Origin: Octopus vulgaris
Lineage: Eukaryota
DNA: 64,000 bases
Direction: 5' to 3'
Assembly: GCA_951406725.2 (NCBI GenBank)
Contig: OX597828.1
Location: 9,424,001 to 9,488,000, forward strand
The position numbers and the translations under genes are program-made. The notes beneath the pieces are model-generated. The model was given only the letters and a program-made list of their open reading frames with translations, was not told the origin of the DNA and made no database searches. Positions 13,876-27,804 of this stretch are shown piece by piece (positions within the stretch are counted from its first letter, which is position 1; each line of letters starts with the position of its first letter).

Positions 13876-14915
13876 GGAATCTATACACTTACAAATATAT
13901 ATGTATATATATGAATATTTAACAAAACTTTTCCATGTAAATTGACATCACACAACTGACATTACTTCCAGAAGGACTGAAGCTGCTAGGCAATGTCTCA
14001 CCTTAATATAAAAAATTAACTTCTAAATACCTCATATCAACATTATTTGAAATAGACTCTCCTGTCTGATTGTTTTATCCTATCAAAATTCGATTTCTGC
14101 TGAGCTATTCTATTCATTCATCTGCATGATATATACAGGTCACTGGACGAAAGGAAAACAAACATCTTATTCTAGAATGTTATCTATTCATTTGTACAAG
14201 TAATTTTTGGCAAATCGATCATAGTTTTTTTTGTTTCTTTCCCCTCTAACCTCAGAATTTTGTATTAATTCTAACCGATCTTATACTAATGATTCTAGCC
14301 AACGGTAAATCATACCTTCTTTCGAAATCACATTTTTGGAACACTCCCCATATTTTTTTCAGCTCTACCGATTTTCTCACTATTTCGAGTTCACAATTGC
14401 ATATAATTCTCATTTCCATTTCGCATCTATTCTCATTTCTATTTTATCAAATCACCTCATTTTCTCTTTTTATTTCTCCTCTCCTTCCATATGTTTTCTC
14501 TTTTATTCTTCCCCCACAAGCCTCATTAGCATTAAGCAATTTCTACCTCTCCCAGTGCAACGCCAGTTTTGGTTAACATTGTAAATTATTTTGGCTTACC
14601 TGAATAATCAATTTGGCGTTTTGCCTATCATGACGGCTCGTCTGTTTTTCATGCTGATTATTTGATTGGAAATAGCTAAGGACCATTTGTGCGAATCTCT
14701 ACAAGGTTTCGCTTCACCGATCATATTGCTTCTGTAGGTATCAAAGTTTGCTTTTACGATATCTTTCAGTCTTTTCTGCAAGTTGATATATGTTCTTTTG
14801 TAAGCTAAAATAAAAGAAACCGATGTGATAACGATAAAATATATTTTTCGTATATAATATAGGAGAGTTACATTAAATATACTTACATGCATGCATACAT
14901 ACATATATATAATAG

Positions 14916-15021
<106 letters not shown>

Positions 15022-15195
15022 CTTTCTGGGGAGAAAAAAGGGGCGTAGATTTTTGATCAAATGGGATCGTAAAAAAAAGTAAGAAAAATATGTATATATG
15101 TATATATACAGTTGTGTCTGGGGAGAGACATTACCTTTTTGTGCCTTTTTAACACACTCGCAAGTAAAATTTCCACTTCAAAAACGATATATATA

Positions 15196-15397
15196 TGTGA
15201 CCTTGTGTATACCATTGGCGATTTTTTTTCCTCTGTCTTCCCTTCTCTGGATCTTTCCTTTTCCTATGTTTCCGACGAAGAGCTCCGCTCGAAACGTAAA
15301 ACCCTCCTTCTTCCCTTCTTTCCTGAGCGTCCAATAATACTATTATTGTTCCACGTCCTCGCGTTGTTGTGTTTTTTGTGTTTTCTTGTTTGTCTTA

Positions 15398-15400
<3 letters not shown>
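15196..15400 (+). repeat. ~205-bp repeat, copy 1, carrying a minimal hammerhead and ending in (TA)n
   Basis: Direct repeat of 16274-16478 (GTGACCT.GTGT.TACC.TTGGCGATTTTTT...GAGCGTCCAATAATACT...). Confidence 0.85.
15268..15302 (+). ncRNA. Putative minimal type I hammerhead ribozyme (U4C variant)
   Basis: GTTT-CCGACGA-A-GAGC(TCC)GCTC-GAAA-CG-TA-AAAC. Stem I GUUU/AAAC, stem II GAGC/GCUC, palindromic ACGU stem III, GUA site. Confidence 0.55.
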
Positions 15401-15458
<58 letters not shown>

Positions 15459-15970
15459 GATGATGATGATGATGATGTTTGTCTCATCTTGCTTCAGAAT
15501 CACGCTGTTTGTAGTCATATCATCCTAGAATGTGCGCAGATAAGGCTTTTCACGCCTCTCATCCATCACCATAGGATATTATAAAATACAAAAGAAATGG
15601 AGAAATGGCATGATAGTGAGATATCTATACGTCATTTGAATTGTTGCCAGGAGCTTGTACAATATTGGTTGCCATTGTAGGTGACAAGCATTGGGAGTTG
15701 ACTGGAGTTACTTTCTGCTGCATGTTTTATGTTAGAGTATCTTGCTTTTTGAAGAGCTGTCTTCTAAATGATTTTGTAAGAAGAAAAAAGCTTACTCTCC
15801 CCGTGGTAAATCTGTTTAACCCATAAATGGGAACCTCACAGGCATTACCGTTCCAGGTCGGAATATTCCTGTGAGTAATGGTAATCAAGGGTTAACCCCA
15901 AACACTCCTACAAGACCAGAAATTCGAAAGAGGAGCTTCATCACACGATTCACTATAAGTGATATACTCA

Positions 15971-16044
<74 letters not shown>

Positions 16045-16046
<2 letters not shown>

Positions 16047-16273
16047 TTCAGCAAAAATTTAGATTCAAATGAATATGGTACTTAAGTTAGATGCACCAGA
16101 ATTGTGTATGGTGTTATCCATATAAAATATGTATAAATGCAAAAACCTCTATAAATGACTGATGATTGCTCGACATTTTAAAACTGTTGTAATACTTACA
16201 ATGTTTAATAAAATGATGTAGCGTGAAACGATCGTACCAAATTACCGAAGATATTCTTGTTGCTTATTTTGAG
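16045..16273. repeat. Repeat family shared with 30780-30965, here with an internal inversion and a hammerhead 3'-half remnant
   Basis: AGCAAAAATTTAGATTCA.ATGA..ATGGTACTTAAGTT occurs at both loci. GAAACGATCGTAC...GATATTCTTGTTGC is on + at 16225 but on - at 30885-30929. Confidence 0.6.
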
Positions 16274-16474
16274 TGTGACCTCGTGTGTACCGTTGGCGAT
16301 TTTTTCCCTCTGTCTTCCCTTCTCGGGATCTTTCCTTCTCCTATGTTTCTGACGAAGAGCTCCGCTCGAAACGTTAAACCCTCCTTCTTCCCTTCTTTCC
16401 TGAGCGTCCAATAATACTATATTTGTTCCACGACCTCGCGTTGTTGTGTTTTTTTTGTGTTTTCTTGTTTGGAT

Positions 16475-16478
<4 letters not shown>
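16274..16478 (+). repeat. ~205-bp repeat, copy 2, ending in (TA)n
   Basis: Direct repeat of 15196-15400. Confidence 0.85.
16345..16379 (+). ncRNA. Putative minimal type I hammerhead ribozyme
   Basis: GTTT-CTGACGA-A-GAGC(TCC)GCTC-GAAA-CG-TT-AAAC. Canonical CUGANGA and GAAA boxes, GUU site. Confidence 0.6.
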
Positions 16479-16548
<70 letters not shown>

Positions 16549-16860
16549 GTGCGTGTATGTATGTATGCATGTAGGCAGGTAGGTAGGTGGGTATCAACTC
16601 TGTATATATATAAACCATATATATGTATATTCTTATACTTCTGGGTATGCACTGAACGCCCTGTTATTTTATTATGTATTTATTTATGTTCTACGATGTG
16701 AATACATGGGGATGATATAAAGTTATATGCCCAATTCTTATGTATATATTTTAACAACTGCATTTCTTTTGCCTCGTTTTTTTATACTTAAGCACTTCTA
16801 TTTGTAGGCCTATATTTATTTTATTTTCGTTTCTATAATGAGAAACGTAATTCAAAAATC

Positions 16861-17025
16861 ATGGCTGTGTGCTAAGTAGCTTGCTAACCAACCACATGGT
16901 TCCGGGTTCAGTCCCACTGCGTGGCATCTTGGGCAAGTGTCTTCTGCTCTAGCCCCGGGCAGACCATTGCCTTGTGAGTGGATTTGGTAGACGGAAACTG
17001 AAAGAAGCCTGTCGTATATATGTAT

Positions 17026-17063
<38 letters not shown>

Positions 17064-17280
17064 TTGTGTGTCTGTGTTTGTCCCCCTAGCATTGCTTGAC
17101 AACCGATGCTGGTGTGTTTACGTCCCCTTCACTTAGCGGTTCGGCAAAAAGTTAACGATAGAATAAGTACTGGGCTTACAAAGAATAAGTCCCGGGGTCG
17201 ATTTGCTCGACTAAAGGCCGTGCTTCAGCATGGCCGCAGTCAAATGACTGAAACAAGTAAATGAGTAAAGAGTAAAAGAG
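16861..17280 (+). mobile_element. SINE family A, near full length
   Basis: TGGCTGTGTGCTAAGTAGCTTGC...GGTTCAGTCCCACTGCGTGGC head, internal (TA)n, GTAAAAGAG tail. Confidence 0.9.
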
Positions 17281-19079
17281 TATATCATTATTTAAATATA
17301 TATGTGTGTGTGCGCGGTACATGTGTGTGTGTGTGTGTGTACGCTTGTGTGTATGTATATACTCTAAATATAATAAAGAATGTATAATTATACATCTTCA
17401 AAATTTGTTTCTTAGTATAAAATTGTTTTTATTAAATTCAAATCGAATACATGTTTCTGACGTATAAGTGTCCTAATGTCCTTCGATATAGCAGTTATGC
17501 GCAATTTGTTGCCCATTTTTGCAGTACGTATTCGTTTAATGTTGACGTTTCTATCCAGCTTTGTTCAAGGTTTTACGCAAGCGGATGAGTGAAGCTAGAT
17601 AATCCTTCTTAAATTATATTCTAGTTATATATCTCAAAACTCTTTGGGTATTTGACTATAGATAGTGCTTTGCAATACGATATTATTATAGTTCTGGCAT
17701 AGAATATTTTTTTTTGAATCTACAAAAAACAGGGGAAAAAAATCCTTAATTTCACCAGGATGCAATCACATCACTGACAGTAATTATAAGCAAAACAAGT
17801 AATGTCATATAATATAAATGGACAGAGTTAAAGGAATCGAAAGAAGGATGAAATAAAGAGGAAATACAAATGTGTCATTTAAGTTTGGGTATTCAGACCA
17901 GTCCATATTAAAAACATTTTATACTGTTTTGAAAATTAGAAGAGTGGTTTTGGTTGAGATGAGTAAAGTAATCTGAAACTCTTCCTCAGATAAATGCATA
18001 AGGACATTCAACATGCACCACATTACAAAATCCACGAAGCAAAACATTTTCACTGATTCTGCTACTATTCCGGTACAGAATGTTGCAATATTATTACTAT
18101 TGGGTGAAAGCATTTAATATGCAACTATAGTCTGTTCAAGAGCTGTTATACAAGATAATTGTGAATGTTCCTGTATATTAAATTTATATTTTGACTTATA
18201 ATTAAGAATATGTAGAAATAAGCATTCATCTAATAAAGTAGACAGAAAACAACAGATTCCTAAATTTCCGCCTTTCACTGTCAATATGTGAATGTGCCTT
18301 GTTGTACATATGTATATACGTGTGTTGTTGGACATGCACGTGGTTATGTATTCCTGTATTTATGTATCCATGTATGTGTATGTATATATAAGTATATATG
18401 TATGTATGTACATATAAAAGGACTGGGTAGATTCACATAAGACTGCATATGACCTACACATTTCTGTAGAGAATCCGGGTTTACGTTTGCATACATATAC
18501 ATAGTATGGTGTGACTTGAAGATTTTTCTGCTATTCCTGGCAAGCAGAGCGATCTCGTAGACCCATTATCTGTAACTCCCGCAGTTAGGTTCCATCATAT
18601 TAGTGTAAATATAGCATTTCTTTCTCTCTACTAGAAGGATATGATCCTGTAATTTTATAAAGATATTATTTTATGACTAGAGACGAAAAACACGATATCA
18701 TTGTCTAATCGCAAAACCTGATACTTATATTCTTTTGTTCTTTTATGCTTATATTCCAATCAGTTTTCAAATTATGCATTCTAGCACATCATGTGTGTTA
18801 CAGGATCATGTATTTAAACAATCCGAACATTTTCTTCGTCATTATCTTCCTGAAAACAGAAAAATAAAAATACTTCCATTTACGCTCGTTCGCATAAATA
18901 CTTATCCATGTTTAATTTACGTTCACTAATTAAATATTTCAAATTATCAACAGAAGCATTATATAATGTGATAAAGGGAGAAACGTTTCAAATTAATGCT
19001 ATGACTTGAACTACACAAAGATCTGTCTAATATGGCTTCTCACAATCAATGAAGTTGCTCGTTTTGTTTCACGTTTACT

Positions 19080-21400
19080 TTCAAGTGATCTAATGTATTG
19101 TTGTACCCGGGACAGTATCAATCAGATTATGATCAATAAATCTTCAAATACGTTTGGAAACTAATTATCTAAGAATATTCAATGATTCAAACGATTAGGA
19201 ATGTACATTTTATTATATATTAGGCACTATTATCCTATCATGAACAAAACAATGAGCAAACTCTTTCTTTTCTTAGCCATTTTAATGCAGTTCTTTGATA
19301 GTAACGCCATGATGTTGGATGTCAGACGTTGTTGAAGAATCAGTGACTATATGTAGAGTATTAGCTTTGACAAGATATTTGAATTGATCTTATTATTAGA
19401 AAGTTTATTGCTGCAACCGAGCGTTAACCGATTATTTAAAGCTCAAGTACAATGCAGTGAATATTACATGCTTTCACGAATTGACCTTTGAAAATTAGCA
19501 AAGACATCAGAAAAGTGCGCCATTGAAAATACTATCAACGCAATCGGGATTTACCAAATAGTGATAATGCATTCAAAGACATTGTTCCCTGATGTGTAAA
19601 TGAGTTTTTGTGAAAGTTATGTTGCTAGAAGGGACATGCTTAAATACTATTCAATACTATAACAGTGACATGGCTTAGTAAAGAGGTAATATCAACGATA
19701 AAATTAATGATTACTTCGGTAAAAACACACAAAATAGTTAATCACATGCATACACAGCACAGATAATTGTATGCCTCTAGCTATTAGAAACATTACATCA
19801 TTATTTGTGTGTGTGTGTGTGTGTGTGTTTGTATATGTAACGATAGACATTTGTTGGTTGTAACAGAAACAGCTTCCATTGAATGGAAAAAATTCCATAC
19901 ACATCTATTGTAGAGTAAAAGCATATCTAGTCTAGTGTGACCGATGTTTTTAACTCAAGTCAATCTCGATTTTGGAATTGTTTTGCATTAGTATAGTTCG
20001 TATATAAATCGTGGAACTTAGGTTGCTGGTACCTCAAGATTTGCAAATTAAGGTGTCTTTTCTATACCTGCAATTCTTTTGCTTTCAGTGATGTTAATTC
20101 ACGTGTAAGATTTTATTGGGTTGCCAGGAGTTGCGCTCAAAGCTCAGGTGATTTACAGATAATTTTAAAGCTACTCAAGAATCTCTTCTTATAACTCACT
20201 AACTGATCGCATATCCTGCATGAGTTTTCTTATGAGAAGCTCTTTTGGAGTGCAGTGATCATGTGTAGGATTGAGATGTGCAGTCATTTTAGTCTGGAAT
20301 TCTGCAAAATATGTACAGATTTGAATTGTTAGATTTCAGATACATCTCAACGTCAACCATTTTATTCTACTAGCGACTTATAGCATATTGCAAAGACACC
20401 TTCTTTGCAAGTGGTTACGTGGTTTGAGGTGTCAGGTGAAAATTATCGATGACTCTTCAGAATACAGGACGATTTTGAAAACCGGAGAGTTGTACATCAG
20501 GTAGGTGTTGAGATTGATTCCCCGTCTTGTCATAAATCGTGCTGCTGTCTTCTGAAGACATTAATTGCTTTAAAAATCCTACTATTTGCAGCTTCATCAA
20601 TATTTATAGACCTGAGAGGGAACTGTCTTGGTTCTTGAACTTGTTTACTGTAGTTACGACACGTCAATATTAACCTAAGTTGATCAATAAAATTTTCTGA
20701 TGGTGGGAAGGTGCATCGTATCAGTTTTAACTGAGCTTATTCTAAAGCTGATTTTAATCACGAATTATTAAGAACTTATCTATTTCCATCGACTGATTTA
20801 CTGTTCCTTTTTACTACTAAATTCGCGGTCATCGGTGAATATGAAATCGTAGAAGTTTAGTCAGAAGTACGAGAATGGCTTTAGCACTTAATCAAGAATA
20901 ACATCTCTATGAGAGGCTTTGCAACTAGATCTAAAAATACTGAGTTAAATTATATCTAGAAATGAAGACCTTCTTCTTTAGCTTGTTTCATTTTCGAATG
21001 CTGAAATATAAACTCCGTCGGCTGCGATTTGTCAGTCTTTATCCGGTGTCTAGCTGTCTTGATACACATTTTACCATTTTACTCAGGTTTTTGATGTGTG
21101 AAGAATGAGGTCTAGAAAGATTGCTTTGTCATTTATAGGGCAATACGAGTACTAGCAACAACCTGCCATGTTGCTACATTGCCCAGTGACAAAGAATAGC
21201 AGAGACGACCAGCAAAGTCCCATGAATGCAGGTGCATAAAAAGGTCTACTTGTATTCAACTGTGCGCATTCAACGTTGGCGTTGGTTAGTTCTATCTTTA
21301 AACTCGAAGATACTTCGTCACTGGGAGACGGTTTTCTCTTGATTGCTCACTGTTAATTCAATTTTTGCGTGCCAAATTGATAACACTTCAAGTAAATTCA
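19080..21400 (-). mobile_element. Possible very old CR1/L2-like LINE relic
   Basis: Microsatellite-poor tract. Minus-strand remnants resemble FLDLI (APE end, ~21110), KSP (~20145), NYRPISL-like (~19940) and GVPQG-like (~19105) in the expected order. No ORF remains. Confidence 0.25.
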
Positions 21401-21549
21401 CAAACTTTAGGGAATTTCCTTTCAGTTTAATGTAAACGGTTTGGTTATGCTATTATCCGGGATGTGGGCGGTTGCTGTATACTAAATGACTCTGGAGACA
21501 CAAGTGATTTGGGGCACGAAGTGGATGGCAGTCGATTACCGACTATCCT

Positions 21550-21630
<81 letters not shown>

Positions 21631-21905
21631 AAAAATCGTTCCAGTGTACACACACACACATACACACATAAGCACACAAAACACACACACACACACAAAG
21701 ACAAGGTTACATTTCAGATATACGCACGCATATGTGATTTCAGATTTTGGACATAGTCTACATACGTAAAAAAAAGACCATGATTTTTGTGATAAAAACG
21801 TCATTCTTTTCTTTCATTTTTTTTATATATTCCAATACACAATCTACAATATTTTCTTTTTTTCCCAATATCAGCTGCTGTGAATACCATATTCTTTATT
21901 TTATT

Positions 21906-21976
<71 letters not shown>

Positions 21977-22520
21977 GAGTCACTCACCACTTACATGTCT
22001 TACTTTGTTTTTGGAGCCGATAATTGTCAGAATGCTCAAAAGTTTCATTCAATTATAATACACCGATAGCAGTAAATAACAGTATTTCGATAAATGACCT
22101 GCTGTGAAATATATCCTGTCGATACCTATATACATTGAATGTAACAATTTCTGCTTGCAGCTGCGTAATTTTATTACACATCTACCATATTGAACCGACA
22201 ACCAAGCTCATCTATTTTGCCATGTTGATGTATTACAGCTGTTTGAAAATCCGATCAACAAATCCGTCTGATTATCCATTATGGTGTTGACTCGAATTAC
22301 AATTGCATGAGAGGTTAATCAGAATATTTGAAAAATGGCCCAATGTAAAGAAAAAAAGAAAAGACAAAAAAGATAAATGAAATATAAAAAAGAGGTAGTA
22401 CAAAAATATTTTGGAAATAGGAATTTTAGGAAATGTTTTCTCTATTAGTAGACATATAGATAGGCTGAACTGCTACTGTTGTCGTTGCCACTATTACTAC
22501 CACTATTATTACTGCCACTC

Positions 22521-22551
<31 letters not shown>

Positions 22552-22931
22552 TATTGCTACCACTACTATTCATCCTAGTATCCCACATTTCGTGCTGTTT
22601 GTTCTGGCTGCTTACCTCCTGAGTTCATATCCTGTTAGTAGCAATTTTGCCATTCATCTCTGTGGGATAGATAAATCAAAGTAGCAGTCAAGTACAAAGG
22701 TCAATGATATCCACAGATCCTCTCGCCTCAACAATTCTGGCATTAATCCTAAATCAGATGCAACTATTATCCTGATTATTAATAGCGGCATTTCGTCGTT
22801 TTTACGTTCGCATTTCTTTCTCCTCCAACATCAGCATTGCATTTCAGCCCCCAATAAGGACTATAAAATACGTACCAGTGGGGTCAATGTAATCGCCTTA
22901 ATCCTCCACCGAAATGGCTGCCTTTCAACCA

Positions 22932-23036
22932 TTCTTCTTCTTCTTCTTCTTCTTCTTCTTCTTCTTCTTCTTCTTCTTCTTCTTCTTCTTCTTCTTCTTC
23001 TTCTTCTTCTTCTTCTTCTTCTTCTTCTTCTTCTTC

Positions 23037-23103
<67 letters not shown>

Positions 23104-23105
23104 CA
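22932..23105. repeat. Compound (TTC)n-(TTA)n microsatellite
   Basis: Direct reading. Confidence 0.97.
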
Positions 23106-25050
23106 TTGTCATTTACTTTTAATCTGCATGTTTGATACAATCACCTGCCGGGGCACACCCAGCGCCCTAGGGCAAGTGAAGGTTAAGAGTTGTTGAAATA
23201 TAGCTGAAAGCTTGGGGAGGGAAGTAGAGAAATATCTCCATGTAATACAAACACAAACATTTACATTGATAGGGTTTTTCTAAGGATGTGGGCAGTACTT
23301 GTTAGCACAATCTTTGGATTTCCTTGAGACATGGTTTTCAGGGATATTGTCTAGGTGTTTCTGACATCCCTTTTTTATCATACCTAGGGCACCTACAATA
23401 ACAGGAACAGTTTTTGTTTTAAGATTCCACATCCTCTGTATTTCGATTTCCAGGTCCTTATATTTACTAAGTTTGTCAAATTCCTTGACAGATACATTTT
23501 TATCAGTGGGGACGCTTACTTCTATTAGTCTGCAGGTATTTTCTTCCCTGTCTTTAACAATTATGTCTGGTCGATTAGCCTTGATCGTTCTGTCAGTGTT
23601 GACTGGAAAATCCCAGAGGATGGTGACATCTTTACCTTCAACAACTGGCTGAGGATGGTGTTCATACCAGTTAGCAGGAGTGTCGGATTTGTAGTGTTTA
23701 CATATCTTCCAATGTATATACTGTCCTACCCTATCGTGGCGATTTTTGTATTCGTTTGGTGTCAGCACAGGACATCCCGAAACGAGATGGTCTATTGTTT
23801 CGTCAAATGTGTCACAGAATCTGCATTTAGGGTCAGTACCGTTTCGGAGAACGTTAGCCTGGTAATTTCTGGTAAACAAGCTTTGATCTTGTGCTGCCAT
23901 TATGAAGCCTTCAGTCTCTGCTTTCAATCCAGAACTCTTCAGCCACTGATGGGTTGTTGCTTGGTCTACATCAGCATTTTGGCTTCGGAGAATGTATTGT
24001 CCATGCAGGGGCTACTGGCTCCACCGCCTCTCAATTTGATTCTGCCCATTCTTTTTTGCAGTCTGCCTGATTCGCTTTGCTTGCTTGGTAGCAGTGGTTT
24101 CTGGCTCTTCACCTGATTCAAGGTTAATGCCTAGTTCCCTTTCGAACTTATAAGCTTCCTTGACAATAGAATGCAGCTTTTTGCTGCTTTCGTGTTCACA
24201 CACAAGTCGCAGCATCCAGTCTTTTGTACTAGATAGGTACCTGTTCATTCCTACAGTAGAGGTCTTATAGCACAGCTCCAATTGCATCATTCCTCTCCCC
24301 CGCTGCTTCTAGGTAGGTACAAGCGGTCTACATCTGCCTTAGGGTGGTGCATGCTCCTGGATGTCAGTAACTTTCTTGTCTTCCTGTCCAAGCGTTGGAG
24401 TTCCGTAAGGTTCCAGTTAATGATGTTAAAACTGTACTGGACTACTGGAAGTGCCAGGGTGTTAATGGCCTCAATGCAATTTTTGGAGTTGAGTTCAGTC
24501 TTCAGTACAAGCCTTATTCTCCTATAGTACTCCTTTCTTATTTTTTCCTTCATAGTAGCATGATGTATACCATCTCCTTCGTTGATTCCTAGGTATTTGT
24601 AGCTTTCTTGTGGGTCAAGTTCCTTGATGGTAGTGTCAATATCTAATTTAACAGAAGCTGTTTGCCTGAGCTTGCCTCTTACAAAAGTTGCTTTAGCACA
24701 CTTATCAAGGCCAAAATCCATTCCGATATCATTGCTAAACTCTTTAACAGTTGTTAGCAGCCCTTCTAGCTCTTGGTCATTCTTGGCAAACAGCTTTAGA
24801 TCGTCCATATAAAAAAGGTGGTTTATTAACTTGCTAAAAACTTTGTACCCATATCTGGCACTATCCAATTCGTTTGAGAGTGGGATCAGTGCAATGCAAA
24901 AAAGTAATGGAGAGGGAGTCACCTTGAAAGATGCCTCGTTTGATGTTGATGCTGTTGGACTGGCTCATCCCATTACTATGGCTTAGAAAGAGACGTGTGT
25001 TCCACATGGTCATGCTATTCTCTAAGAATTTTGAGACGACAGGGGAGATC
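23106..25050 (-). mobile_element. 5'-truncated R4/Dong-clade non-LTR retrotransposon, copy A (RT, CCHC knuckle, restriction-like endonuclease), disrupted
   Basis: RGIFQGDSLS, HLFYMDDLKL, YKYLG, CRFC..ETIDHLVSGC, RHD, RPDIIV..IEVSVP, KLSKYKDL. Natural stop at 23261-23263, then a 3' UTR running into (TAA)n. Internal stop at 24012 plus frameshifts. Confidence 0.92.
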
Positions 25051-25053
25051 TTA

Positions 25054-25142
<89 letters not shown>

Positions 25143-25160
25143 ATCATTATTATTGTTATC
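25051..25160. repeat. (TTA)n tract between LINE copies A and B
   Basis: Direct reading. Confidence 0.95.
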
Positions 25161-27660
25161 TTTTTTTCTTCTTCTTTCAAATTTGCTTCCATTTCTTGCG
25201 AGTGTCTTCCCGACTCCTAGGGCAAAGAAACTCATAGTATACATTGGTAGGCCATTAAACTAAACTCAATAGTTCGTTAATTTTTTTTTAAAAGTTAAAT
25301 TAAAATACATGGGTAGTAATAGTTCTCACATCAACAATGCTCTTCTCAATACGTGTGATGTACCAGTTAAGAACAATCTTTTGCACTTCTTGCAGGGATG
25401 GTAAGCCAGGGATTATTCTCATATAATATTCGGTTCCCTTCTTGATCATTCCTAATGCTTCTACGATCATTGGTATTGTAACCGCCTTGAGATGCCACAT
25501 TTTCTCAATTTCAATGAGCAGGTCTTTATATTTTCTGAGCTTGTCAAACTCTTTCGCCGAGATATTATGATCACAGGGGATGCTCATGACGATCAATAAG
25601 CAAACTTTATTGTTTTGTTTTTTCACAACAATATCTGGTTTATTGGCCTTGATGGTTCGGTCTGTATGTACTGGAAAGTCCCACAGAATCGTTACATTTT
25701 CTCCTTCAGTTACAGCTTCAAGGTGGTGATTACACCACTTGTCGGCAGTTTTGATATTGTAATGCCGACTTATTAGCCAGTGTAGATATTGGCCAACTCT
25801 GTCATGTTTTAATTTATACTCCACTGGTGCTAAGACTTTACATCCAGAGATTAGGTGGTCCACTGTTTCAATCATGTCGTAGCAGAATAGGCATTTTGGG
25901 TCTGCTCCATTTTTGATCACATTGGCCTGGTATTTCCGGGTTAATAGGCTTTGATCTTGAGCAGCCAGGATGAAACCTTCGCTCTCTACTTTTAGCCCTG
26001 AGCTCCATAGCCACTCATGGGTTTACTTCTGGTCAACATCAGCTTGTTTGCTACGGGCCACATATTTGCCGTGCAGAGGTTTCTCCTCCCACCTATCAGC
26101 CAATTGTTCGTGCGCTGTTTTCGTTGCCATTATTTTCACCTTCTTTGCAACAATAGTTGCCGTACTTCCCTCGGGTTGTTCAGTTTGGGTATCCTACACA
26201 AGATAAATAGCTATTTTTTTGCTTTCCTTTATGATAGAATGAAGCTTCTTTCGTCTCTCGTGATTTTCCACGAGCTTTAGCATCCAGTCATTCATTATTT
26301 CAAGATATTTGGCCAGTCCAATTGTGGTTGTTTTGTAAGCTAGTTCAAATTGGATCAGGTAAAGGCGATCTACGTCTGCCTTTGGGTGGTGCATCCTATT
26401 ACAATTCAGCAGCTTGCGTATTTTCCTATCTATATTCTTTACTTCACTCATATTCCAGTTCAACACATTTTAGCTATAAGTAACAACTGGAACTGCTAAG
26501 GAATTTATAGCTAACACCTTGTTACGTGCATTCAGTTCAGATTTCAGAACTGCACGAACTCTCCTATAACATTCCTTCCTGATCTTCTCTTTCGTGCTTG
26601 CATGCTGAATAACAGAGCCTTCATTTATCCCTAAATATTTGTAAGTTTGTTCTTGCTCAAGCTCTCTTATGACTGTGTCAACATCTAACACGACTGAATT
26701 TGTGGTCTTCACATCCCCTTTCTGGAAAGTGGCCTTGGCACACTTCTCAAGCCCAAACTCCATTCCGATGTCATCGCTGAATGCTTTCACAGTGTGCAAT
26801 AGGCCTTCAAGTTCATCATCGTCTTTACCATAGAGTTTTAAGTCATCCATATAAAATCGATGGCATTTTTTTATTGGCAATTTTATACCCATACCCTGTT
26901 CTGTTTAATTCACTTGTAAGGGGTATTAGGGCTATGCAGAATATTAAAGGTGAAAGTGAGTCACCTTGAAAAATTCCACAGTTGATGTTTATATTTTCTG
27001 AGGCAAGTACTCCATTAGAGTGGTATAATTGGAGATTCGTATTCCACAACGACATATTGTGCTTCAGGAAGCTTGAAATCACAGGGGAAATTTTGAAGAT
27101 GTTCAGCGATCTCAAGATCCATGGATGCGGTATACTTTCGAAGGCCTTTTTATAGTCAATCCATGCGGAGGTGAGATTTCTGCGCTTGTTGTGACAGTTC
27201 TCAAGGATCATACGATTAATTAGCAGTTGATCTTCGTATCCGTATGAGCCTCGGCGGCACCCTTTTTGTTCAATGGGTAAAATATCGTTCTTCTCCATGA
27301 ATGCATATGTTTTCTCCGCCAGGATAGATGTTAGGATTTTATACGTGGTGGATAGACAGGTTATAGGCCGATAGTTTTTTGGAAGGTTGGTTTCGTTATT
27401 CTTTGGGAGTAGGTAAGTAATACCACTTGCTAACCATTCTAGAGTTTTCTTTGGGTCTCTCATAATTCCATTGAGCAGCTGACCAAGCTTACCGTGTGCG
27501 CATGGGAGCGATGCGAGCCAGAAATTCGGCACCCTATCTTTACCGGGGGATTTCCAATTATGGGCCTTCGTGAGTGCCTTTCTTAGGTCTGCTATTGTGA
27601 TGTCTTCCCATGCTTGTTGTTGTAAATTTTGGTAGGATCCTTCTGTTTGTATAATCCAGT
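25161..27660 (-). mobile_element. 5'-truncated R4/Dong-clade non-LTR retrotransposon, copy B (different subfamily), disrupted
   Basis: NWKSPGKD, NYRPITCL, EQKGC, WIDYKKAFES, GIFQGDSLSP, FYMDDLKL, CLFC..ETVDHLISGC, KPDIVV. 3' UTR CCCTAGGAGTCGGGAAGACACTCG followed by an A-rich tail and (TAA)n. Several frameshifts. Confidence 0.92.
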
Positions 27661-27666
27661 CTATTA

Positions 27667-27732
<66 letters not shown>

Positions 27733-27761
27733 GTATTAGTATTAGTATAATTATTATTATA

Positions 27762-27803
<42 letters not shown>

Positions 27804-27804
27804 T
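27661..27804. repeat. (TTA)n tract
   Basis: Direct reading. Confidence 0.95.

Noticed and set aside
16861-16925. tRNA-like A/B boxes here and at other SINE heads
   Set aside because: No cloverleaf, and they run into SINE bodies, so they are not tRNA genes.
17919-18335. Two adjacent in-frame minus-strand ORFs separated by one stop
   Set aside because: No recognisable motif or splice context; compatible with chance.
23655-24812. Plus-strand ORFs over the LINE array
   Set aside because: Antisense shadows of the minus-strand RT/endonuclease coding sequence.
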